From: Bugula neritina
Lineage: Eukaryota; Animalia; Bryozoa
DNA: 64,000 nt
NCBI GenBank assembly: GCA_964035545.1
Contig: OZ037769.1
Coordinates: 9,136,129 to 9,200,128, forward strand
Reading direction: 5' to 3'
The first letter of the stretch is position 1, and each line of letters opens with the position of its first letter. A program made the position numbers and the translations under genes. Shown piece by piece: positions 1-12,330 of the stretch. The notes below the pieces were generated by a model. It had not been told where the DNA came from. It made no database searches and was given only the letters and a program-made list of their open reading frames with translations.

Positions 1-3000
1 GCCAGTATTTAGTAGTAAAATTGAGACTTATTTGGAAAGGTTAGAAAGCTACTTTGAGTTTCACAGCACTTCTGAAGGAAAATGAAAACATGTTCCTATA
101 ATGGGACTCTCAAAAGCCAAAGGAAAAGGACTACAATGTTGGTGACATTTTTAGAGTCTCGCTTTGATAAGGCGACCAACAATATGGTCGAGAGGGTCAG
201 GTTTCGTAGAGTGAAGAGAACAGAGAGCCAGAGTGTTACCAATTATGAGGCTTATTTACGAACTCAACCTAGAACATGTGAGTTTGGTACTATGCTAAAT
301 GGAAACCTGCTTGAACAGTTGCACATTGGTGTAAATAGCAAGGCTGTTCAATATCGTGTTGCTGCTATGGCCACAGAGCCAAAGAATGACTTGAAAGAAG
401 TTATAAAGGTAGCCCTTTGAGGGGAAATTGATAAGAAAATTGACAAGTTCTCCATTAATGATCTGCCAGAGACAGTTAGAACTGTTTCGCATGCTCAAAC
501 AAAGGTCAAGTCAAATCACCAAAAGTGTTTCTGCTGAAATAAGTTTGGACATTTGAGCTCTAGTTGTAACAAGTGTAAAAAGAAAGGACACTATGCTGGC
601 TCATAATATTGCAACAAAAAATCATTTAAAGCCAATGTGAATATTGTTGGAACCCCAACTAAAACTCACAGCAAGGAATGACAACTCCATAACTTATTCA
701 CTGTAGAGCAGATTAATGCAAAAATGCCAGAATGCAAGCTATCTATGCTCGGTGAGACTGTACAATTTATTATAGACACTGGTGCTTGTACAAATATCAT
801 AAATAATAAAACATAGAAAGTTTAAGCAAACAGGCGAAATAACTCTTGAAAATGTAGATCAACACAATTTATTAGCTTATGCTAATGTAAAGCCACTAGA
901 TATTTAGGGTAAGTTTTACATAGATGTTGATTGTAACAGCAAGCATGCTAAAACTGAATTTTATGTCATTAATAGCATGGCAAAATGATTGCTTAGTTGT
1001 AAAACTGCCACAAGTCTTTCTTTGATATTATGTAGTGAGAATGGTGTGTGCAGTGATTTACCTTAGACTGCAAATAAAATTATGAACAATTTTCCGGAAG
1101 CTTTTCAAGGTCTGGGAAAGCCTAGGGGTACACTGTCAAGTTTTACATTGACAAAAATATTCAGCTAGTAGCAAAGTCAGTCTGTCGACTACCAATAGGT
1201 TTGAGAGATAAAGTCCATGCTAGGGATAGTTTAGTGAAAAAAGTTGTATAGTTTGGTGGAAAAATGATGTTATAAAACGGGCAATAGGAGTTGGCTCGAA
1301 ATGAGTTAGCTCAATTGTTTGTGTTCTTAAAGATAACGGAGACATAAGTAAAAAAATTGATATGCGGTAAGCTAACAAAGCAATAATTCGCGAACACCAT
1401 TTCTTGCCCACCACCAAGGAAATGTTAGCTAATTTAGAAGGAGAAAAACAATCTCTAGCTACAGTACATATGAATCAAGGATTTCATCGAGTCGGAATTG
1501 ATGACGGTTCACGGGCTATTACCACATTTTCAACACCATTGGGTTTACACAGATATAAACACTTGACCATTGGGGTAAATGCAAGTCCTGAAAATTTTCA
1601 GTATGTAATTCAAAAGGTATGCATTGGCAGGCCTTGATGAGGTCCAGAATATGACTCACGACATCATGCTGCATGCAAGTTCAGTAGAAGGAGCACGAAA
1701 AAAGGTTAATTGCATTTTAACTAGGAGAAAAGATTTGGGTATTACTCTCAATCCAATTAAGTGTAGTTTCAGATTGAAATCTGTGAGGTTTCTGGGTCTT
1801 GTAGTGTCAGATAAAGGTGAGTCCCCTGACTCTCAAGAAGTTGCTTCCAGTCTAAATTTCCAAGCCTCTGTGAGTGCCGCAGAGTGTAGGGGTTTTATGG
1901 GATTGGTTGATTTCGTGGGCAGATTTATACCTGACCTAGCTACTGTATCTAAGCCAATCAGAAAATTAATGCATAAAAATGCAGAGTTTAATTGGAGTAA
2001 ACCACAACAAAATGCTTTTGCTAAAATTAAATCACTAATGGGCAAGACAGAAACACTAGCTCAATTTGAGCATAAGTCGCAGATACTAATCTAGTATTAT
2101 TGCAAGAACAGCAAGGTGTGGATTGTGTGATAGCCTATGGTCATAGGTCATTGTCTGAGATTGAGAGACGCTATAGTCAGACTAAGCGTGAAGCCTTAGC
2201 TTTAGTGTGGGCGTGTGAGCATTTTATGTTGTATTGCTAGAGACAGAGTTTGATTCAATTACGAATCAAAAACCACTACAGTACGCATTCAATAATGCTA
2301 GCTCAAAGCTCGTCCCTCAGACTGCAGTCAATTAAGTTTCGAATAGTGCATTAAAATGGAGCAAGAAATATTGCTGACCCATTATCAAGAATAGTAGCTA
2401 GGTTAAATTATGTGCCATTAATATCACAGTTGGAGGTGATAGTTTTGTGGAGTCAGTTTCCAAAGAGTCTTTGCCAATCGCACTTAGCTGGGATGATGTT
2501 GTAGCTAAGTCTAAGCAGCATACTAAAATTCATTGATTAAAGCAATACAAGGTAATGAATTCAGCAGTTGTAGCATAGGCTTTAGAGCAGTGTCGGGTAA
2601 ACTTAGTGAGGTACAAAATGTAGTACCAAGGAGAAATATAATGGTTGTGCCAGTGTGTTTATGCAATCACATGATCCAATTAGCACATGAATGTCATCAG
2701 GGTATTGTGAAAACTCAACTAAGATTGAAGTCTAAAGTATGGTGGCCTGGAATTGACAATCAATCGGCATCATACTATAGGCAATCCATTGACTGTATGT
2801 CAGTTGTTAAACCTGGTCCACCTCAACCTGTCAGCATGACAAAATTTCTTGATAAGCCATGGTCTTTTCTGTGAGTAGATTTGCTGGGACTGCTGCCTAA
2901 TGACCAGTCAATAACATTAGTTGAATATTATAGCTGCTACTTTGAATATGCATTCTTGACCTCTATGAAGTCTGAGAAAATAGTAGAGTTTCTAGGTACT

Positions 3001-3700
3001 ATATTTGCTAGGTATGGTTACTGTGATGCCTTGATGTCAGATAATGATCATCAGTCCATTTCTGAGAAGTTCCAGAAGGATCTAAATGAGCATGAGATTA
3101 AGTGGGTGTCAACCACACCTCTCTGGTCTCAAGCCAATGGTGAAGAAGAGAGGTGCATCAGAACAATATTGAAATCGTCAAAAATAGTGCATGAGAATGG
3201 CCAAAATTTCGGGAGGAAGTTGCAAAAATAGCTAATTGCATACAGGTCAACCCCTCATAGTAGTGCTGGTGTTGCACCATTCACATTTCTATTTGGCCAG
3301 GAGATGAAAACAAAATTTTCTACTTTAAACCTATAATTTGATAGCACTGTTTTTGAAAAAGCAGCAAAAAAGGATGCTGCATCTAAAACTGCAAACAAAA
3401 AACTGTTAGATCGAAAGTGCAACTCATGTGAAGTGCAAGTAGGGGATACAGTTGTGGTCAGAAAGATAAAAAGGGAAAACTGGGTGCCAACTTTTCAAAT
3501 GAAAAACAACTAGTTTCGGAAGTTTTAGTAAGAAATTATAATGGAAAATGTGTACGTAATAAACCAATTTTTGTGAAAGCAGTTACTACTGCTCGTTTTG
3601 AATCAACTAGCCAAAGTAGTCAAGTTGAAGACATGTTGCCAATAGCAAAATCTGCAACGTCTCATTCCTCATCACGGAGTCGTAAACCAGATAGATAAGG
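1..3700 (+). mobile_element. Degenerate Ty3/Gypsy LTR retrotransposon internal region (gag, zinc knuckle, protease, RT, RNase H, integrase), many stops and frameshifts
   Basis: Gag-like ERVRFRRVKR..ESQSV; protease FIIDTGA near 766-790; RT motifs (QGFH, TFSTPLGLHRY, SPENFQ, KCSF..VRFLG); RNase H ERRYSQT..EALA near 2160; integrase HECHQG..KVWWPG, SDN, QANGEEER. Order PR-RT-RH-IN. Confidence 0.85.
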
Positions 3701-3887
3701 TATTTATGTAGTTCTCGAACTGGGCACACAAACTGGGTAGCTAAAAAAATAGAATCAATGATAAGGCTACCTCCTATAGGTGTTCCCAGGTCTTATTTGT
3801 GTGCCTGCATTTTATTATTAGTTAGCAGATTTATAAAGCTAATATTACATATTGGATCAGAGACACATATGATTTTATTTCTTATTT

Positions 3888-4830
3888 ACTGATGGTAATA
3901 ATGTACTAAGGAAAATTACTGCCAGTCAAGACTTCATGCTAACCTTCAAGTGGTAACCGCTGGTACATTAGAACTCACCGGGCCAATAGCATTGAGCATC
4001 TATGGAATTATGACCCTAAAAAAGGTCATCTAGACATGGGACAATTTGTGAGAGTGCAACAGGTACCTGGTGCCTGTTACCTACATAGCCAGCCCCTACA
4101 ATCACATAACTTCTAGACTCGTCCTGGGCAATCTTTGCCAGCTCAGGTTACTTCTGTAGCGGAGAGGGGTGTGTTAGCAGCTGACAAACTTGATTTGTAC
4201 TTGAACAAATTTGTCAGCAAAAAGGTCCAAAATAAAATTAACCTGAGATTTTCATCATGAAACATCAGAAGTATGCCCAAATGAAGGAGCACAAAAATAT
4301 AATTGAAACTTTCATTACACGACATCAACATAGCTGCTCTGAGTGGGGTCAGATCCTCAGAAACTGGTTACACCAGAAAAGAAACAGGTTATTTCATATA
4401 TTGGAGTGAGAAATTGCAGATTGCAGTGGATCTGGAGTAGATTTGGCCATCAAAACTGAACTAATTTCAAAACTGATAGACAGGCTAGCCACAAAATTAT
4501 GACCCTTCGAGTCTTTGTCTGATAATAGATGGTGCACTGTGATAGCTGTCTATGCTCCAACAATGACAGTCAAGAAAACATCAATCAATTTAACAATAAG
4601 CTGAACAAGACGCTAAATTCAGTTCCTGCTGATTTCAAGGCCAGAGAGAGCCAAGGCTATTCCACCTAGCTTGGTGTGATGAGAAATTATGGCTGTGGGA
4701 AGCTCAACATGAACTAGGAATTCTATCTTTAAAGTGCACTGAATATCAACTCAGCATCACCAACGCTTTCTTGCAACACAGCTCAGCCCATAAATATACA
4801 TAGATGCACTTGAAAAGCAAACATTCGTGC
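3888..4830 (+). mobile_element. Decayed 5' fragment (5'UTR plus endonuclease) of the same RTE-type LINE family as 14533-18003
   Basis: Direct similarity to the 14.5-kb copy (CAGTCAAGACTTCAT.CTAACCT.CAAG; GGAGAGGGGTG; GATGGTGCACTGTGATAGCTGTCTATGCTCC). Confidence 0.85.
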
Positions 4831-4849
4831 TACGCATTGAACTAGCCTT

Positions 4850-5903
4850 GTCAGTACACATGTATTGATGCTTGTTCGAAATTTCCATATATTGGGCGCA
4901 TGGAAATAGGGCACACAATTTCTCGCCAAATAGTACAAGTATTCAAGGATATCTTAGCTATAAAAGCTGTACTTGCTACTATAGTTACAGATAATGGGCC
5001 AACAGTTTTCCAGCCAGAAATTTACTATTTCTACAACAGTTTTTACATCAACCATGTCACATCACTTCATACCACCTGCATTTAAATGGTGAAGCTGAAC
5101 GATTTGTCAGAACTTTTAAAAGCTCTGTGGACAAGAATTGTGAGGGAGGAGCATTTTTATACTAGAGTATAAGACTCACATTCGCGTCATACAGAACCAT
5201 TCCACATCCAGCTTTTTAGTGGAAAATACCTGCAGAGGTCCTACATGACGGCTAGCCCAGGGGCTTACTATCCCTTTTCTAACCTACTAATCACATATAC
5301 GCTAAACATGACAAGCCACAGACAACACAGTTCACTATTGACTCACTAGTGTACGGCTGTAACTACAGTGCTGGTCCATCAACCAGATCTGTTGACGACA
5401 CACCAAGCCTTTTGAAGAGATAAGTATATCAGATAACACTTAATACCTACGATGATGACCCATAGCACGATCCTGCACTGAAGCCAGTAGCCTCACCATA
5501 TGAACGGCAAAATCACCGACTACCAGATGATGAGTACAATCATGACAACCTCGGAAAATCAACTTGAATTTAAAGCCAGTTAAAGCGCTAACATTCAAGA
5601 GAACTTTAAGCTAGCCGGGAGGTGTTCAGATATTCAAAAATATGGCAAGCTTTTGTTGCATTATGCTAACCTGCAAACGACAAGCACATAATATTACAGC
5701 TCTAACTGGAGTTTTATAATATTATTAGCTGGTAGATGTTTTTTGTATTTTGTATCGTACAAGCCTATGCTACAACAAAGGCTAACTTTTACACTATTAT
5801 ATAAACCCAACACTTTGTGCCATTCTTTCATTCAGTCATATAGGTTATATTGTTATAATTTATTCAGTCAAATAGTCATTTGGTCCATATAAATATTGAA
5901 ACA
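4850..5903 (+). mobile_element. Gypsy integrase fragment followed by a purine-rich tract and a possible 3' LTR (about 5623-5903)
   Basis: IVTDNGP and NGEAERFVRTFK integrase motifs; CCGGGAGG then TGTTCA...TGAAACA. Confidence 0.6.
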
Positions 5904-5909
5904 GAAAAG

Positions 5910-6235
5910 CAAAAATGCTCAATAGTTAAAACACAATTTGTTGTGGTGAGGCTTTAGTAGATGTTATAAAGGCAGATAACGGCCAGGTATTTGGTAGCTC
6001 CACAATTAGTATGTGATGCTAAAATGATTATTGGTATGGAAAATATTGCCAATATGGGTGAATTGCATGTTGGAAGGAGCAACAAAACCAATGTCCAGCA
6101 AGTGTGGTTAATGTAAATAAAATACAGACATTACAGATCAATGACAGTCACTTTAGAGCAGTATTTAATGGGAATAAGTGGAAAGTAGAATGGAAGTGGG
6201 AGCGTGGTGAGGTTGCATTATTCAGCGTGCGCAGT
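5910..6235 (+). mobile_element. Fragment of a Gypsy-like pol; probably continues at 7711-8940
   Basis: FRAVFNGNKWKVEWKW motif recalled from invertebrate LTR-element polyproteins. Confidence 0.5.
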
Positions 6236-6241
6236 GGGTGT

Positions 6242-7710
6242 TGTAGTGTTTGTGTAACAATCACCCACTTGTTATTGTTGTTTACTATAACTTGTTTGTA
6301 ACAACAGGATATAACAGGAAATAACATTCCTTGATATTGTTTCATAATAATGTATGATTGTACACCACCTATATATAAATTTTTTGGTTTATAGAATAAA
6401 ACAGTTCATGTTATAACAGTACTGCTGCATTGTGTCTACTGTAATAGAACCACGTGCATTGTATAGAACGGAAATAATATATACAAAATACATATATAAA
6501 ATTGGCGACAAGGATGTTTTAAAATTTTAACTTTTGTATTACGACTATACAACATGGCTAGTTCATCAGTACCGTCATTGTCTGAAAGAGTGGACGTGTT
6601 CCTAGAGCGCCTAGGTAGTTACTTTGCAGTACAAAAAGTCAAGGCCGAGGCGATGGTGCGTGTGCTAATTCTGGGTCTAAGTGAGAAGCAGTATTCACTA
6701 GTTAGAGACCATGTAACTCCAAGAATTTCTTCAGAGATGAGTTACGAGGATGTGGTGAATATTTTGAAGGGACACTTCAACAGACTGACAGAGAGGACAA
6801 TTCTGAGAGATCAGAAAGTCCAACGGTGAGTCTGTCAGTGACTTTGTGGCTAGATTAAAGAGTGTTTCAAGATATTGTGAGTTTAATAAGAATCTCAATG
6901 AAAACTTGGTGGAGCAGTTTCGCATGGAAATAAATGACAGCTTAATAAGGGAAAAGCTAATTAACATGCCACTTGCTCAGCAAGAAGATTTTGAGGAAGT
7001 GATAAGGAAGGCTCAAGAAGTAGAATTAAATAGAAAGAGGAGTGACCTCTCTATGAACGACCAACCAGCAGTACAAGCATTACAACGCAGAAGTAACATG
7101 AAACCGCCATTATTTCAGCGTCCTGTTCATACAGCAAATAATGACAGAAAATGCTTCAGATGCGGCAAGGCAGACCACATGGCTAATGACCGTGCATGTC
7201 CAGCAAGAGACAAGAAATGCCGAGTATGTCACAAACTGGGACATTCTGCTAAAAGCAAGTTCTGCAAAGGTGTACTGGTAGTTCGCAATGTGATTAAAGA
7301 AGCTGATCAATCACTGCAAATATCAAGGCCGGGAGACGAGGATGCAGCATTCTACAACTTCAAACTAAGCAGCAATATAACACTTCCTAAGTGCAATGCC
7401 AGCATCGAAGGTGAAACAATTGAATTCATTGTGGACACTGGTGCTTGCGACAACGTTGTATCTACAGCTACATACCACAAGATTGCTAAGAAGGTGGAAT
7501 TATTGCCAACTGACAAACAGCTTTATGGCTATGGCACAGAGAGTAAGTTGAACCTACTGGGCTATTTTAAAGCTAACATTTCTGTAAATAGAAAGTTAGT
7601 TACGAGCAGATTTTATGTCTTTAATGGTAGTGCCAGATGTTTGATGAGTTGTAACACTGCATGCAAACTAGGTATTCCATCTATTACTAGCAGTTTGATT
7701 TCTAAGGAAA
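6242..7710 (+). mobile_element. 5' part of a Gypsy element: LTR (about 6242-6492), PBS 6503-6516, frameshifted gag-zinc knuckle-protease
   Basis: TGTAGTGT...CA LTR with AATAAA; PBS TGGCGACAAGGATG (tRNA-Ser(GCU)-like); two CCHC knuckles (CFRCGKADH, CRVCHKLGH); protease FIVDTGA. Confidence 0.8.
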
Positions 7711-8940
7711 GTGACTAAGGGCACAAACCACTACATAGACGATAGTTGGGTAGATGAAAGTGTGGTTTCAACCAATAAAGCGCGGAGACACCTGACGATG
7801 TATGAGCTTGAAACAAAAGATCCAGTAGCACTTGGTGAATCAAGAGTTTTGGGGCTTAAAGTCACCAAGGAGCAAGATGGGCATCACAAATAGAGAGATG
7901 GAGTGCTATAAACATTTTATGTTTCACCAACAAAACGGCAGCGGTTCTCTGTTTTTGGTATACTAGCTAAGACTTGCATGCAATTCCCTAAGAAGTCAGA
8001 CTAATGATGCAGGCTGGGCTAAACCTATACCAGGAAATGTTTATATGTTTCCTCATGAAATCATTAGCAAGCCATCTAAGAATGATACAGTAACTGGTAA
8101 ATGGAATGTCAACACTTCATCTGATGGTGTGGCATGGTATGATGTTAGTAATTTGGCAATTTGATATTGTACTGAGATGAAAAGCAATGTTATAAAAAAT
8201 GAAACATGGCTCAGAAAAGATGATGGCTCACGCATAGACATTGTAACATTAGAAAATGTCATTAATGTATTAAAATGGTTCTTCGGTGAGGAATAACTGA
8301 ACTCTGTGTGGAAACTGATTATGCTGGTGGGTATAGTTGGATGGACTCAGTATTGGAGAGTTCTAAAAGGCAAAAGGTGTTTGGTTCAAATGAAATGGTT
8401 GTCAAAAGAAGGTTAGTAATAATAGCTCAGTTGGTTGATCAATACGATGTATGAGTGCAACCATTCAACCAGTGCCTTCTGCGTATAACGAGGCTGCTTT
8501 GTTAAACAGAGTTTCACCGAAATGGCACCGGAGTCTTTTCATGGCTATGGTGACACGACATAGTACACTAAAGGCGAAAGTGAAGCAGTTATATGGCAAG
8601 AATTTTCTTGGTGTAAAGAGAACCATGTATGTTGTAGAAAAATGCAAACCTCAGCTGAAAAGCAGTTTGTTTAAGATACGAGTCATTCATGTAGCTCATG
8701 CAAACAGATATACTCACTACCACTGAGTTGAAAGCGTAGATGTGAATAGTAATTGGCATAGGGTGACAGTAGATATAGCCTATGTAGGAGGGAAACCATA
8801 TTTCACATTAGTAAACGGTGATCTCAGTAGATTCGTCATATGAGTAGCATTGAGCAATGAAACTGCAGGGTATGTAATCTAATTTTTGTAATTTTCTCAA
8901 GCAGGACCCACCTAATGAAGTATTGTGACAATAGGTCAAG
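7711..8940 (+). mobile_element. Decayed Gypsy-like RT/RNase H/integrase fragment
   Basis: HYIDD RT motif, RVLGL, and integrase-like WHRVTVDI near 8755. Confidence 0.6.
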
Positions 8941-8949
8941 CTTAAAAAT

Positions 8950-11594
8950 AGCAAAACAAAAAATTTTGGAAAATGTGACACAAATGAGGAGCTGCAACTG
9001 GCACTTTATTTTGAACAGTAGATTGTTGCCACCAACACAGTTTTCAAGCACAGGCAGCATCATAAAGCTACCTAGTTGCACCTTCATTCTAAACATTGGC
9101 CCCTTACGGATAATATGATTACAAGATAGAAAGATCAGAGTGATGTGCTGGATGCCAGAAAAACCATGGTCAGGTCCAAGTTAGCTTTTGCACTAAGAAA
9201 AGCAAAAAAACAAGAGGCAATTTATCTTAAAAGCTGAATGTGGGAAAACCACAAAATGAGGGTGTGTTGCAAGAGTTTCATAAACAAAGAGATAAGGCAA
9301 TGGTATACAAAAACGATAACAGTGTAACCGTAGAAGAAAGATGGGACAGCTTAAAAATCTCAACTCTCAACACAGCTGCCAAAGTCCTAGCTAGGGCAGA
9401 AAGAAAACATCAAGATTGGTTTGAGGAAAATAATTCGAAACTGAATGCATTGCTTGATGAATAAAACAAGCTTAAATCACCAGCACTACAAAGGAGAACA
9501 AGAAGTAGCACTGATTGACTAGCACAAGCACAAAGCAAGTTGCAAAATGTAGTCAAGAAAAAAATTATTAATGGTAGGAAAAAAGCAAAAGCACTTCAAC
9601 AGGCGGCTGGAAAAACCAACATGAAGGCATTCTATAACGGCTTCAGAGAAGTGTGCGAGCCACATAATATACTCTTGTGTATGCCGAGAGAGTGAATATA
9701 GAGAAGCAAGGACTAGTTTTACTTCAAAAAACCTGGAAAATGGCTCTTGTACACAGTTCTAAAAATATGATCAGGGACTACAGGAGGTGTACGGGCCCGT
9801 TAAGCGAGGAACAACCCAGCTAAGAGCTTTAGATGGCAATATAGTACTGCAGGAGAAGTCAGAAATTCTCAACAGAGTTGCTGACCACTTTGCTCAACTC
9901 CTGAATATACCTGGTACTCTGGATGTAAGGGCTGCAATGGATATTAAAACAAGACCGGGGGTACACTGTCTCTTTGAGCCCCCCCCCCCCCCAGACGTGT
10001 GGGAAATGATAGATGCTATTGACGATACAAGAGAAGGTAAAGCACCTGAGAAGTGTGGAATTCCATCAGAAATATGAAAACATGGAGGAGCAGAAATTTT
10101 GTCTAAACTGCACCAGCTGATTCTTTCTGTTTGGAGGGAGGAAAGGGTACCCCAAGACTGGAAAGATGCTAGCATCATCTCGATATTCAAGAAAGGCAGC
10201 CGAAGAGATTGTGGAAACTACGGAGGAATATCCTTGCTCTCTATTGCTGGAAAGATACTCTCACGAATTCTGCTGAACAGGATTAACATGCATGTTGCTT
10301 CAGCTGTGTTACCAGAATTTCAGTGTGGCCTCAGGAGCGGTAAAGGTACCATGGACATGATCTTCTGTTTGAGACAAACACGGGAAAAGTGTATAGAGCA
10401 AAACATGCCACTTTATGCTGTGTTCATTGACTTCACTAAGGCCTTTGACACTGTATCAAGAGATGGCCTCTGGCAAGTTCTCACTAAGTTCGGATGCTCT
10501 GCCAAATTTGTGAACATTGTCAAATCTCTACATAGTGGTATGCAAGCTCCTGTGGCATATGAAAATGATCATTCTAAAGAGTTTGCAGTGACAAACGGTG
10601 TTAAACGAGGGTGTTTTCTTGCACCTACCCCCTTTTCTCTCTATCTGTCGGTCATGCTAGAGGTTGCCTTTAAGGGCAGCTTAGATGGAGTATCTATGTA
10701 AACAAGACAAATGCAGACCTCTTCAAAATAGCTCATTTTAAATCAAAAACAAAAACATCTCAGAAGATCGTAAGAGAAATGCTATTTGCCGATGACAGTG
10801 ATCTGGTAGCCAATGGTGCACAGAGTATACAGCAGCTAGTAGATAGATTCTTCTTGGCTGCTAAATAGTTCAACTTAAAGATAAATATCAAAAAGACAGA
10901 GTGCCTATACCAACCAATTAAAAACCAATAGGTAGTGCAGCCTCCTGGTGATATTATAGTATATAATGAAGCTCTAGTGCAGACAAAAAACTTTATATAT
11001 CTTGGAAGCACAATATCTGACGATGCCAGGCTGAACGGCGAACTGATCTCCAGGATGGGAAAAGTTAGTGCAGCCTATGGGAAGCTGAGAGAGAGACTGT
11101 GGGACAACCACCATGTGTCCCTTCGAGTGAAATGCCAAGTATACACGACGATAGTTTTATCTACCTTGCTGTGTGGGACCGAGACATGGACAGTTTACAG
11201 GACACATGTCAAGAAGCTAAATTCATATATGAGGAGGCATTTGAGAAAAATTATGAAGCTAACTTGGAAAAATAAAGTTTCAAACCCTGAAATATACAGA
11301 AGAAGTGGTTTAGCTCCAATGGCAGATATGCTCATTGAGCGAAATCTGAGATGGACTGGTCATGAAAAGAAACTACCTAGGCAGCTGATCTACTCCCAAC
11401 TGAGTTCAGGGAAAAGGAATCAGGGCCGTCCTAGTCTCAGATTCAAATATGTAGTGAAGAGCAACTTAAACTGGAGAGGCATTAGACAGGATATTTGGTT
11501 GGCTGCAGCTAACCGTCGACCTATCTGGATTACTATGTTTCATAGACCTAAACCTAGAACAGACATCGTCGACTCGACAAACTGCTTATAATGA
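8950..11594 (+). mobile_element. 5'-truncated degenerate RTE-type LINE (part of APE endonuclease plus RT)
   Basis: HQDWFEEN, VPQDWKDA, GISLL, FIDFTKAFD, GVKRG, LFADD, FIYLGS, NLRWTGH, GRPSLRF; ends with TAA TGA like the 14.5-kb copy. Confidence 0.9.
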
Positions 11595-12330
11595 GGGATA
11601 CTGCCAGGGACACAGTGTGGCTTTTGCAACAGCAGGAACACTATTGACTTGGTATTTAGATAGCATCAAATTCAAGAGAAATGTGCTGAACAGAACATGA
11701 AGCTATATGTTGCATTCATAGACTTTGCAAAATCCTTTGATACAGTATTGAAAAATGACTTCTGGAATGTACTGAAAAAGTTTGGCTTAACTGAGAAAGT
11801 CAAGGTAATGCAAGGTAGAGACTCCTCATGCGAGTTTGCAGTAAGCAATGGTGTCAAGCAGGGGTGTGCTTTTATACCCATACTATTTTCATTATACCTC
11901 AATGCTACGCAAAAAGTGACATTTAAAAATGTAAATGAAGATATTTATACTCAAACTCGACATGGGGCTGATCTTGTTAAGTGGGTCAATTCAAGTCCAA
12001 AACTCGTGCTACCAACCACCAAGCAAGAAAGTTGCTGTTTGCCAACGACGATGCTTCCGTAGCACTATTGGAGAACTGTGTAAAAATGGCGACTCAGTTC
12101 AGCTTAAAAATCAACATTAGGAAGACAGAATGCATGTACAAACCTATCACTCATTCACCCTCTACCGGAACCTGGAGTTATCATGACAAACAAGGAACTA
12201 TTTGTACTTGCCACAGACTTTACCTATCTAGGAAGTACTGTTTCGAGCATTACTCAACAAGTACCAGCCAAGAAACTCAACCGTCACACTGTGAGAACTT
12301 GACATCAAGTTTAATAGTTATAAGAGCCAC
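11595..12330 (+). mobile_element. Additional internal RT fragment of an RTE-type LINE
   Basis: QCGF, FIDFAKSFD, GVKQG, LLFAND, FTYLGS across frameshifts. Confidence 0.8.
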
